64,000 bases of DNA, from positions 150 through 64,149 of the forward strand of contig JAOAFT010000011.1 of the NCBI GenBank assembly GCA_026416125.1. Reading direction: 5' to 3'. The translations under genes were made by a program, and so were the position numbers. Origin of the DNA: Bacteroidota bacterium. GTDB lineage: Bacteria; Bacteroidota; Ignavibacteria; UBA10030. Shown in pieces: positions 32,503-42,049 of this stretch (within the stretch, counting starts at the first letter, position 1; each line of letters opens with the position of its first letter). Below the pieces are notes generated by a model. The model was not told the DNA's origin. It did not search any database and saw only the letters and a list, made by a program, of their open reading frames with translations.

Positions 32503-34878
32503 TTACTTCAGCAGTAACATTCTGATTGTTGCTGAAACATTTACTCCCGATAGCCGACAGTAATATACACCACTTGGTAAGTTACTCCCATCGAACACAG
32601 CAGTGTGTATCCCAGGGGCTTGTATACCTTCGTAGAGCGTTGCAATTTCCTGACCTAGAACATTGTAAACTTTCAGCGAAATATAACTACATGCTGGTAC
32701 AGAGTATCGAATGTTTGTTTCGGGATTGAACGGGTTAGGGAAATTGTTATAGAGTTTATACTCATGAGGGATGGAAGCTACATCAGTTTCTGCTGAGAGA
32801 ACAACATTTGCTGTGTCCAAATATGTTCGGAGCCACTGCATTGCTGGTCGTTCTTCACCGTTTTGCAAAACAATATATGCTTTTTGATCGTTTCTCCACA
32901 ACCCTGGGCGCCACCCCCAGAGCGTTATACCTTGAACCGATGGATGCGAGTAAAACAGAGGGAATATCCGCTTGTACGACGTAAGCTGCTCTTCATCTGT
33001 TGGTCCATCAATATCCAATTCAGTAATTTGGATTGGCAATCGTGTTGAGCCTAGGGAATCTAGGTTACGTCGCATCACAACGCTGTTTGCGGTAGTTGTA
33101 AAAGCATGTCCCTGTTCACCTATAACATCGATTAAGTTCTCACTCTGCAAACGACGTATGATCCGCAAATAGTTCATTGTTGCAGTTCCATCATTGATAA
33201 TATTGTAGTCGTTAATCATCAACTTCGTTGTACGGGGGAATATTTCCCTCGCCATTCGGAAAGCAGTAATAATCCAATCGAAACCTGTGGAACCAGTACC
33301 ACCGAGAGCAGAGAGATAGTTTGCTCTACCACTATTCCCATCAGGGGGAGCATGGAGTGGTTCATTGACAACTTGTAGGTACTCGATATTGGGATAGCGC
33401 TGCGCTACTGCCTGGAACCATTCTCGAATTTCTTCAATCTTTTCAGAGTCTGATAAACTTGAAATCCAGCTTGGCTGTTGTTGACCCCATACTAACACAT
33501 GGAATACAAAGGGGAAATTATTCCGTTTTGCCAATGCATATGAGGAATCCAATTCAGTCCAATTCATTTGATCACGAATAGGTTCAACACTACCCCATTT
33601 CCCTGCGTTTTCTGGGGTGACTTGATTCCAGTATGCTTCAAAATTTGGCCGTTGCGTTACACTATAAATATTACCAACAAATTTCTTTTGTCTGAATGCT
33701 AAAGGTGGACCTGACCACGGTGGTGGTGGCAACTCTTGAAATCCAGCTGTTCCATTATTGAGATTATGGACTCTATAGAAATACTCTACTCTTCCAAAAG
33801 CGATCTTATCTATGTATAATCCATCTTCCCGACCACCGATTTGTATTACTTGAGTAAGACTATCATCAGAAGAAACAACAAAGAGAGGTCCTTCTTCCCA
33901 AGATTGGGCATTGTTCTGTATCGTTGATAATCTTACCCATTTCCATACATTTGAACCTGCTCCACCTATATCTTTGACAATATCTAACGAATCCGTGTAT
34001 CCTGCTGCTGCAAGACCATTCACTTTGATCCAGCTCTCTGCATTTAAAGCTTTCACACCAAAACCATTTCCGTAAAAGAAACTATCATCGTTATACGTAT
34101 TAGGCCCGACTTTGACACGCGCAAAAAGATTATATGTACCGGAATCTGGGAATGTAACTTGGTACGTTGCAATACGGCTTGTATCAGCTGGGAAATCGCC
34201 TCCTTGATTTTGTACATTTGTTATATATGTTACAACACCTTCTGTACCTTTGGTAAATGCTGATCCAAGTATTCCATTCTCTGCTTCCACAATGATTGGA
34301 TTTCTCAAATTATCGAGATCAACAATCTTTAATTTATCAATGTAAATTGCATTGTTGACATTACCGCTGTAATTGAAATGTATAGGAGCACGTGCCCATT
34401 GTTCTTGATCACCAACTGTAAATTCTAAAACATATTCTTTCCACATCGTTGTGAGATTTGCTGGACGAATTGCACCATACTCAACATAGTTATATTTTCC
34501 AACAGTAAAGTTTACTTGAGCTCCCACGCGCTGAGCTTTTGCCCATATTGAGTAACGATACCTATGCCCTGGTATAATTGGTATGCTATCCGCAACAATT
34601 TGAATATCCCATTGATTCGCACCAATAGCACCGACATTAACTTTGAGTGCTCGTTGGCCACTATATACAGAATCGTTTACAATTTCAAATTGAGCATTTC
34701 CTCCGCTAATAAAAATTTGCCATCCAGGCACAGCTGACCCTGTTACAATACCTGGTGTACTACTCTCAAAATTTCCATTCCTAACTAATTGAGACCACGC
34801 AATCATTGGCGCAATAGAAAACAATAGTATAAATATAGCGTTTCCATATAACCGATGGGGCACATGTCGATTAACCAT
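32503..34878 (-). CDS. endo-1,4-beta-xylanase GH10 with two N-terminal CBMs (CBM4_9/22-like and CBM6/35-like) and a T9SS C-terminal sorting domain
   Basis: 791 aa with a signal peptide. CBM signature NGNFES...GWQ; a second CBM IVEAENG..GTYNLFARV..NDDSFF. GH10 motifs WNQVTPENAGKWG, VVNEP and the nucleophile ITELDI. The sorting domain NFPNPFNPET...RMLLLK lies at 32506-32763. Confidence 0.9.
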   Translation of the reverse strand: MVNRHVPHRLYGNAIFILLFSIAPMIAWSQLVRNGNFESSTPGIVTGSAVPGWQIFISGGNAQFEIVNDSVYSGQRALKVNVGAIGANQWDIQIVADSIPIIPGHRYRYSIWAKAQRVGAQVNFTVGKYNYVEYGAIRPANLTTMWKEYVLEFTVGDQEQWARAPIHFNYSGNVNNAIYIDKLKIVDLDNLRNPIIVEAENGILGSAFTKGTEGVVTYITNVQNQGGDFPADTSRIATYQVTFPDSGTYNLFARVKVGPNTYNDDSFFYGNGFGVKALNAESWIKVNGLAAAGYTDSLDIVKDIGGAGSNVWKWVRLSTIQNNAQSWEEGPLFVVSSDDSLTQVIQIGGREDGLYIDKIAFGRVEYFYRVHNLNNGTAGFQELPPPPWSGPPLAFRQKKFVGNIYSVTQRPNFEAYWNQVTPENAGKWGSVEPIRDQMNWTELDSSYALAKRNNFPFVFHVLVWGQQQPSWISSLSDSEKIEEIREWFQAVAQRYPNIEYLQVVNEPLHAPPDGNSGRANYLSALGGTGSTGFDWIITAFRMAREIFPRTTKLMINDYNIINDGTATMNYLRIIRRLQSENLIDVIGEQGHAFTTTANSVVMRRNLDSLGSTRLPIQITELDIDGPTDEEQLTSYKRIFPLFYSHPSVQGITLWGWRPGLWRNDQKAYIVLQNGEERPAMQWLRTYLDTANVVLSAETDVASIPHEYKLYNNFPNPFNPETNIRYSVPACSYISLKVYNVLGQEIATLYEGIQAPGIHTAVFDGSNLPSGVYYCRLSGVNVSATIRMLLLK

Positions 34879-34911
34879 AGCTGTTCCTCCTTCTATGAAC
34901 TTCGAAATAAA

Positions 34912-36492
34912 TTATTGGAGCAAAAGCATCTTTCTAGTTATAGTATGCTTTGCTTTGATCCCTACAGCATGATCGAGTACTTTTAAGGAATAATAGTATA
35001 TACCGCTGGTAAGATTGCCTCCATTAAAATGGACAGAATAGTGTCCAGGTGTTCGAACTCCTTCGAATAATGTTGCTACTTCCTGACCAAGTGTGTTGTA
35101 AACTTTCAACGAGACATAACATTCTTTGTCTACTGAATAGGTAATTATCGTTGTAGGATTGAATGGATTTGGATAATTTGGGTGCAATGAGAGAACTGCT
35201 GGTATTTGATGATTCTCATTTACACTCGTTGGTTCACTTACAGTAGTGAACGAAGACGATGAGTATGAACTTGACCCAGAACTGTTACTTCCTGACACTC
35301 GCCAATAGTATTGAGTTTGTCCTCGTAATGAACGTACTTGAAGTACTGTATCAACTATCGTTGTATCGAGAACTATTGAACCGCTACTAAATGTACTCTG
35401 TGTAGCGAGTTGAAGTTTATGGGAAGTTGCTGTCTCAGCTTTTCTCCATTGGAGTATAGGGTTAAGAGGTACATTCGTTTCATTTACAGGCGATACTAAC
35501 TGCGGTGGCAGTGGACTCTTGACATACCTTATTAACCAAGTGAAAGCAGGTCGAGGTCTATTCATACTATTCAAGAGGTGAGCATTAGGTTTCCAGGTTT
35601 CACCATATACATATCCCCATAACGTAATTCCACGAACACCTGGGTGCTCCCAAAATATTGGAAAGTACGTTTGGTAATTCTGAAGTTGTATGCTATCGAC
35701 TGCTTCATCAACATCAAACTCTGTAATATAAAATGGTAGTCCAAGAGCTGTTAGTCTATTGAGGTTCGACTTTATTGTGTTTAAATCGTACGTATAATTA
35801 GTCCCTTTAAACTCAAAGTAATGTCCTTGTACACCTATTCCATCAATTAAATTTCGTACCTTTAAAGTTTCGATAAGCGCAATGTATTGATTCGTTCGTG
35901 TTGTATTGTGGAGAATGTTGTACTCATTGATGAGGAGTTTTGTTGTTGGTGAACAATATTGCCGAGCCCACTGAAAGGCTGTAATAACCCAATCCCAACC
36001 TGTTTTTCCATCCCCCCCTAATGCACTCTTATAGGGAGGTGGAGCATTAAATGGTTCATTCACTACTTCTACGAAATCCATTTGTGGATACCGTGTTCCA
36101 ACCAATCGTATCCACTCCTCAACTTGTACTCGTTGGTTAACAGAATCAAGCGTCGTTATCCAAGTTGGATATTGTTGCCCCCACACTAAAGTATGGTGCT
36201 TATAGGGAAAATTGTTCCGTTTAGCATAGTTGTAAATACTATCAAGTTGAGCCCAGTTGTAACCGTCTTTTACCCCCTCTACCATCCCCCACTTCCCAGC
36301 GTTTTCAGGGGTTACTTGATTCCAGAATAAACCAAAGTCACTTCTTATAAGAAGTCCATTGCGAATCACATTTCCAACAAACTTACTTTTCCCAGCTGCC
36401 ATTGGTTGAGCTTGAAGTAATGGGAAGCGTAAGAGTATACCTACAAATATCGCAATAAGCATTGTGGTGAATTGAGTTATTAATTTGTTCAT
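34912..36492 (-). CDS. endo-1,4-beta-xylanase GH10 - Fn3-like - T9SS sorting domain
   Basis: 526 aa with a signal peptide. GH10 motifs WNQVTPENAGKWG, VVNEPFN and ITEFDV. An Fn3-like module (LQWRK...YYWRV). Sorting domain at 34915-35190. A close paralogue of the N-terminal 430 aa of the gene at 44088-47225. Confidence 0.9.
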   Translation of the reverse strand: MNKLITQFTTMLIAIFVGILLRFPLLQAQPMAAGKSKFVGNVIRNGLLIRSDFGLFWNQVTPENAGKWGMVEGVKDGYNWAQLDSIYNYAKRNNFPYKHHTLVWGQQYPTWITTLDSVNQRVQVEEWIRLVGTRYPQMDFVEVVNEPFNAPPPYKSALGGDGKTGWDWVITAFQWARQYCSPTTKLLINEYNILHNTTRTNQYIALIETLKVRNLIDGIGVQGHYFEFKGTNYTYDLNTIKSNLNRLTALGLPFYITEFDVDEAVDSIQLQNYQTYFPIFWEHPGVRGITLWGYVYGETWKPNAHLLNSMNRPRPAFTWLIRYVKSPLPPQLVSPVNETNVPLNPILQWRKAETATSHKLQLATQSTFSSGSIVLDTTIVDTVLQVRSLRGQTQYYWRVSGSNSSGSSSYSSSSFTTVSEPTSVNENHQIPAVLSLHPNYPNPFNPTTIITYSVDKECYVSLKVYNTLGQEVATLFEGVRTPGHYSVHFNGGNLTSGIYYYSLKVLDHAVGIKAKHTITRKMLLLQ

Positions 36493-36507
36493 GGTGTTCT
36501 CCTTTCT

Positions 36508-37815
36508 TCATTTTATCAAAATAAACTTCTTTGAGAGAACAGTATACTTACTTTTCAATGTGTATACATATACTCCACTAGGATAATCGCGACTGTTGAA
36601 TTCAACTTCATACGTTCCCGGTGCGTGTTCACACTGTACTACAGTGGCTATCTCTTTACCAAGCATGTTGAATACTTTTATCTCGACAATGCTTTGCACA
36701 GGTACCCTGTAGCGTATTTTTGTTGAGGGATTGAACGGGTTTGGATAATTCTGAAAAAGTGTAAATCCATTCGCTAGATTCATTATACCATCAGTACTGT
36801 TTGTCACTTCGGTCCTACAAACTATTAACTCACCCTGATCTGGAATAACATCAAATACTATATACTTTCCTGTCCCACTGTCTACAATTTGTGTGGGAAG
36901 CTCTCGTCCATTTAAGAATGCTTTCCCCCCTTGCCACCCCATGGGCAGAACCCGGCGTATAGTGAGAGGGATATTATAGAGATAATTATCAAGTGTATCT
37001 GATACAACAAGTACAATAGTATCATCCGATGTATACGTTTCTCTAATAGAAACACAATTTCGCTCGTAAATATACTTCGCAACAGTACCAAACGATGTTA
37101 CCCAAAATTTGTTTGGATTTTCCCGGAGGTACTCTAAACTCTTTCTGAGTGTATCAGAGGCAATGGGTGAATAGCCACCATCGTTATCAACACCATGCAA
37201 CAAGTATACACACCAACCATTGCTTATAGCAGCCGCGTCTGCTTTTGTCTTGAATTCCGCAGATGATTTTATGCTACCCTGGGACCCACAAATAATAGAA
37301 CTTACTTGCATCATGTTGAGTGGTGTTTTCCGTTCAATAACCCCCGAACATATCCTACCCGCAATGTAATACTTCCTCACAACAGCATCCTTCCCTAGTG
37401 CACAATATGGGTACGCTATTGTAAGACATTTCTGCAATGGGAGTTTTTCATTAAGTATTTGTTGAGATTGCTGTAGTTCGATGTCCTGCTCTTGATCACT
37501 CAACGACGAAAGCGATGTATGTGTAACAGTGTGGCTTCCAACTTCATGACCTTGCGCAACAACCGATTGCAACGCTGACCAATTTGGCGACCAATTAATA
37601 ACAGGAAAGAGTGTCAATTGGAATCCATATTCATTGAATAATGGAACAACAGTTGTGAGTTGTTTTGGTGTCAAGTCATCAAACGTATACGAAATTGCTG
37701 CGGATCGGAAGCCCTGCCATATTGCAACCTCATACTGTAGGGGAATACGTTGTGATATTCCACAATTACCATATAAGTACATTGCAAAAACCAGAAGAAC
37801 TGACTTAGTTCTCAT
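36508..37815 (-). CDS. CE4 polysaccharide deacetylase (probable acetylxylan esterase) with T9SS sorting domain
   Basis: The ATG at 37815 has GGAG 8 nt upstream; the tracked start is a TTG. NodB motifs TFDD and HTVTH. Sorting domain NYPNPFNPSTKI...KKFILIK at 36511-36765. Confidence 0.85.
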   Translation of the reverse strand: MRTKSVLLVFAMYLYGNCGISQRIPLQYEVAIWQGFRSAAISYTFDDLTPKQLTTVVPLFNEYGFQLTLFPVINWSPNWSALQSVVAQGHEVGSHTVTHTSLSSLSDQEQDIELQQSQQILNEKLPLQKCLTIAYPYCALGKDAVVRKYYIAGRICSGVIERKTPLNMMQVSSIICGSQGSIKSSAEFKTKADAAAISNGWCVYLLHGVDNDGGYSPIASDTLRKSLEYLRENPNKFWVTSFGTVAKYIYERNCVSIRETYTSDDTIVLVVSDTLDNYLYNIPLTIRRVLPMGWQGGKAFLNGRELPTQIVDSGTGKYIVFDVIPDQGELIVCRTEVTNSTDGIMNLANGFTLFQNYPNPFNPSTKIRYRVPVQSIVEIKVFNMLGKEIATVVQCEHAPGTYEVEFNSRDYPSGVYVYTLKSKYTVLSKKFILIK

Positions 37816-37828
37816 ACACAACGCTCCA

Positions 37829-39547
37829 CTATTTCATAAGCACCAACTTTTTGTTGAGACGAGAATTTTGCGTTTCGAGTGTACAAATATAGATTCCAGC
37901 TGCATAATCCCGTGCATCAAATATTACTTCATGCGTCCCAGCTTCCCTGTAGCCATCTACAAGCAAAGAAACTTCTTGACCGAGAAGATTATATATACTC
38001 ACTCGCACATATCCCCTCTGCGGCACTGTAAATTGGATCCTGGTTGTGGGATTAAATGGATTTGGATAATTCAAGAGCTGTAAAGATTGTGATGGTACTG
38101 TTTCGTGCGTCACAGTTGTAAGAACCAAACCATTAACAGCCGACTGTAAGCTATCATTCGCTTTTGTCAATGTATCAGCAGCTGCTGTCATATATGAGTA
38201 ATTCTTGTTCATCGCCGCTTGTGCATACGAGACCGTGTTTTGTAAACGTAACCACGATGAACCAGTAAAATGTTCGGGGCGAAGAGTACTTACATATCGA
38301 AGAAGCGAATCGATTCTATTATACATTCTCCCTACAGTTACAACAGCGTAGAATGCTGGTTTGCATTGGTTATTCTCATCCCAGAGGGATGTTGATTGAT
38401 TCGTTACAAACGTGTACTTATCATTGAGACCATCTTTTGAAACGCTGACAATTTTGCCACGACCTGTACGAGCGCTGCGTTCCACAAAACATTTAAATAA
38501 CTGAGCGTATTGGTTGGCTTGCTGCTTTAAAACAGTTTCAGATGGCCAATTTGTATTTGCACCTGTTTTTACATCTAACTCAGTGACAGCCATTTCGGTG
38601 CAAATCGTATCGAACTTATTGTAACTGGCAATCCATTGCTCTGCCGTTGGAGTTGTAAGAGCATCATGTTCTTGCATCCCAATGCCATCAAGTATTCCAG
38701 CACGAAAAAGTGGACCACAAATCCGTACTATTCCATCAGCTTTAGCAGGAAGGTGAGTATTGTAATCGTTGTAGTAAAGTTTAATTTGTGGTTCATTGTA
38801 GAGAAGTGTATACTTCCGTGCGAATTCGAACGCTTTCACTATATAGCTGTGATCACCAAACGTTGTATACCACTCATTGTTCGTTACCCGATCATTCCCG
38901 TTGTCCTCTACAGCCTCATTCACCACATCAAAAGCACTCAGAAGTCCAGGCCAACCTTCATGGAGCAAGCGAATAACCTCTTTGATATAATTCTCCATTC
39001 GTTGAGTCATCTTCTCTTTTGAAAGACGCGCACCTGTTGTTGTATACCCTGTACGGAAAAATGCCGTTCCGGGAGTTTGACTGTACCACACTAAGGTGTG
39101 TCCACGAAACGTAAAACCGTTCCGTTGAGCCCAATTGAGCTGGGCTACTAAATCACCATTGAATCGAACAATTGGGTGAACATCTATTGAATCTTTGGCT
39201 TGTTGAGAAGTTGCCTGAGCGTATGCCGTTGAGCATGCTACAATATCAACAGTGTACTGAGGTTTCATATTGTTCCCAGGAGACATGCTGTTCATGTGGT
39301 GCCGTATCAGCACACCACCGTCGCCATTGGGATAGACCAGCGATGATTGTCCAGGGACATATGGATCGTCTGGAAATCCAACATGTCGATACGAGAGTAA
39401 GCAACCAATGTAAAAATCGTTTCTATATACATCTTTCAACGCTGGTACGTTTGTTTGAACCTGACTATTCGTGGTATAGAAAAACACACAACTAAGTATT
39501 ACAAGAATAGCTCTTGTTCGGTGCTGCAGAACCGATAAAAAACCCAT
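37829..39547 (-). CDS. endo-1,4-beta-xylanase GH10 with helical linker domain and T9SS sorting domain
   Basis: 572 aa with a signal peptide. GH10 motifs NSMSPGNNMKP, GHTLVW, VVNEAV and the nucleophile VTELDV. Sorting domain at 37832-38083. Confidence 0.85.
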   Translation of the reverse strand: MGFLSVLQHRTRAILVILSCVFFYTTNSQVQTNVPALKDVYRNDFYIGCLLSYRHVGFPDDPYVPGQSSLVYPNGDGGVLIRHHMNSMSPGNNMKPQYTVDIVACSTAYAQATSQQAKDSIDVHPIVRFNGDLVAQLNWAQRNGFTFRGHTLVWYSQTPGTAFFRTGYTTTGARLSKEKMTQRMENYIKEVIRLLHEGWPGLLSAFDVVNEAVEDNGNDRVTNNEWYTTFGDHSYIVKAFEFARKYTLLYNEPQIKLYYNDYNTHLPAKADGIVRICGPLFRAGILDGIGMQEHDALTTPTAEQWIASYNKFDTICTEMAVTELDVKTGANTNWPSETVLKQQANQYAQLFKCFVERSARTGRGKIVSVSKDGLNDKYTFVTNQSTSLWDENNQCKPAFYAVVTVGRMYNRIDSLLRYVSTLRPEHFTGSSWLRLQNTVSYAQAAMNKNYSYMTAAADTLTKANDSLQSAVNGLVLTTVTHETVPSQSLQLLNYPNPFNPTTRIQFTVPQRGYVRVSIYNLLGQEVSLLVDGYREAGTHEVIFDARDYAAGIYICTLETQNSRLNKKLVLMK

Positions 39548-39568
39548 GGCATTCCCTTTCTGAAATTA

Positions 39569-40372
39569 TTATCGTACAAGTACTTTTTGTTTTAAAAACT
39601 CTGCTACCTCTACAAGAGGAGCGACCCATATTACATTTTTCCTTTGATTCAAATATGAAATAAGTGCTCGGTGCGCATCGAGAGAACAATTATATGCATG
39701 CCCACCCCCAACACCATGAAAAAGAAAAACAACGAGGTGGTTATTTTGGAGAGCATTCTCAACATGTGCTATAAGTTCATCGCCACTTTGACCGTTTACC
39801 ACTACGCTAGGGATGTTGTACTTATCAATTTCAGCATAAGTTACACCATTTCCACCAACACCCCGCGCTGCAGGGAAATTATATTCTATAACTTCATGAT
39901 AAGACACTGTACCTACCATACGATCACCACATGTGTAGGCAAACGTGCGTGACTTCTTCCCATCAAGTGTCGTGAGAATAAAGTTTGCTAGCTCGATTTC
40001 GTCTGAAATCCTTTTCATCGAGTAGCACTCCAAACGGTACTCCATTGGCACCCACTCCCTTCCCGGTAAAGAGCTGTTGCACGGATGGAAAAGCGTGTGG
40101 TTTCCTAATTCGTGACCTGTAGCAGCAACACGTTTCCATTCCTCCACATGGCGCTGGAAATCGGGAAATGATGGCGGAATGTAGAATGTTCCTTTAAACC
40201 CTACCGAATCTAATAACGGAATAACGTTGGTCAAGTGTACAACCAATCCGTCATCATACGTTAATACAACAGCACATTGTTTTCCATTCCACAAAAAATT
40301 TGGTTGATAACATAGAAGTGACAATGGATTCACTACAGTCATGAAAAGAAAGATACATACTCTTGTTTTCAT
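39569..40372 (-). CDS. CE4-family polysaccharide deacetylase, secreted, no sorting domain
   Basis: 267 aa with a signal peptide. NodB motifs LTYDDG and GNHTLFH. The start lies 2 nt after the upstream stop. Confidence 0.8.
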   Translation of the reverse strand: MKTRVCIFLFMTVVNPLSLLCYQPNFLWNGKQCAVVLTYDDGLVVHLTNVIPLLDSVGFKGTFYIPPSFPDFQRHVEEWKRVAATGHELGNHTLFHPCNSSLPGREWVPMEYRLECYSMKRISDEIELANFILTTLDGKKSRTFAYTCGDRMVGTVSYHEVIEYNFPAARGVGGNGVTYAEIDKYNIPSVVVNGQSGDELIAHVENALQNNHLVVFLFHGVGGGHAYNCSLDAHRALISYLNQRKNVIWVAPLVEVAEFLKQKVLVR

Positions 40373-40374
40373 AT

Positions 40375-41994
40375 TTACCTATAGGTGTAGAGTTTTACTT
40401 TTTGAATACCGAAACTGTTGCCAGATATATTCAGATGCCGACCTTGATGACTTTCATCTCCATTCAACCTCCGCCCTGGAACCCACTTCCCGTTTTCAAA
40501 ATGACCTTCGTCAATACTTGCAATTCCAACTATTGTTCCATCGTCGATACTAGGATGAAACGTTACGACTATGCCGGTACCAGCAATATAAAACTCATCG
40601 TCTGCCACCTGAACAATACAACCACCATAGCGCGGTACTTCTCCTTCCTTTCGAACGCCGTATGGCCACGAGTACTCATGCTTTATGTGGAAAGTAAACT
40701 TACCAATCGTAAATTTCGCATCATGCGTTGCACTATCGAGTAAAAATCCTCTCATGGATCCTTTCCCTTGGTGTTCAAGAATAAGTGGAGTGAGTTGACG
40801 AAGCAGTGCATAACCTTTTGCGAATTGATTGTTTTCAGGATTCTCAACGAATTCTATCGCAAATGGACTGTACCCCATCGCATTGTGTTGTGCTACAGCA
40901 TAGAATGCATTAACAACACTTTGCCGATGATCGACTTCTGGGATAAATACTGGATTCCCTTTTTGATCATACCGTCCGAGCCATTCAGCAAAATTTTTGA
41001 AGTAAATATCGGGAGCAAGGAAATCAATTGAAGGCGCAGCAACCTTCCAAATATCCATCAGGTGAGGTAGCGGGCCTGCACTTGGATACTGTCCTGGTTT
41101 ATAATTTGGGCGGATCAGCGCTGCGTTGACGTACATGGGAATGTTATATTCTTTTTTCCCCTGTTCTGCAACATAATTTGTATAACGTGCAAAATACCAT
41201 GCCATGAAGAATTCATCGGTATGCAATCCTTTCCCAAAAACTTCTTCCCACGTACCTGACCGTTTCATCCCTGCTGCAGACCAAGCATCAAGAACCTCTT
41301 TGGATAACGAAACAGTGTTTTTATGTAAGTACTCCATTAATTCTTGAGGAACATTTGAACGAAAAGCCTGTTCCGCTTCAATACAGTAATCACGTGCATC
41401 AGGAATCATACCGATTTCATTTTCAACTTGAACCATGAGCACAGTATTCTCTCTGCTATCTACCTCACGGATATGCCTCATTAGGGCACCAAAGGCTTTA
41501 CCATCTGCTTTTCGATTCTCGTCACTAAACGGTGTAAGAATTTCAAGGGCTCTTCCTTCTTTTGTTCGAGCTCGTGGAAACCGTTTGTACTGCACTTTTA
41601 CCCAGTACGGAGCATAACAAGACATACTGTTTTTCCAAGATCCAAACCACAGTAACACTAGCTTCATTTCTGAACGGCGTGCATAAGTAATAGCAGAATC
41701 AACTAATGAAAAATCAAATTTCCCCTCTTGAGGTTCTACGAGTTCCCAATAAACCGGCACAAGAACAGTATTAAGATTCATCTGTTTCAACCGTGGAAAC
41801 AGCGATTGGAGAAAAATAGGATCTGAAGCACTTGAATTACCAAGTTCACCTGCGAGCATTAGGACCGGCTTCCCGTGAACAACGAGTTGGGTTGCTGATC
41901 CCTGCTTACGCAAGAAAGGTACTTCCTGCTGAGCAAGAAGTATCGATACTGTAACTAAGTATAAAACGAGGAAATGCAGCATCACTCTTTGCAT
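40375..41994 (-). CDS. clan GH-A TIM-barrel glycosidase, GH35-like with C-terminal beta-sandwich (DUF5597-like)
   Basis: 539 aa with a signal peptide. The N-terminal pattern GKPVLMLAGELGNSSAS...NLNTVLVPVYWELVEPQEGKFDF and VQVENEIG (putative acid/base Glu) resemble GH35/GH42-type enzymes. The family assignment is from memory only. Confidence 0.55.
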   Translation of the reverse strand: MQRVMLHFLVLYLVTVSILLAQQEVPFLRKQGSATQLVVHGKPVLMLAGELGNSSASDPIFLQSLFPRLKQMNLNTVLVPVYWELVEPQEGKFDFSLVDSAITYARRSEMKLVLLWFGSWKNSMSCYAPYWVKVQYKRFPRARTKEGRALEILTPFSDENRKADGKAFGALMRHIREVDSRENTVLMVQVENEIGMIPDARDYCIEAEQAFRSNVPQELMEYLHKNTVSLSKEVLDAWSAAGMKRSGTWEEVFGKGLHTDEFFMAWYFARYTNYVAEQGKKEYNIPMYVNAALIRPNYKPGQYPSAGPLPHLMDIWKVAAPSIDFLAPDIYFKNFAEWLGRYDQKGNPVFIPEVDHRQSVVNAFYAVAQHNAMGYSPFAIEFVENPENNQFAKGYALLRQLTPLILEHQGKGSMRGFLLDSATHDAKFTIGKFTFHIKHEYSWPYGVRKEGEVPRYGGCIVQVADDEFYIAGTGIVVTFHPSIDDGTIVGIASIDEGHFENGKWVPGRRLNGDESHQGRHLNISGNSFGIQKVKLYTYR

Positions 41995-42049
41995 GGTTCC
42001 TCCATCATGGTATTGTGCACTTATACAAACTTCTATGTTTATCGAAAGT

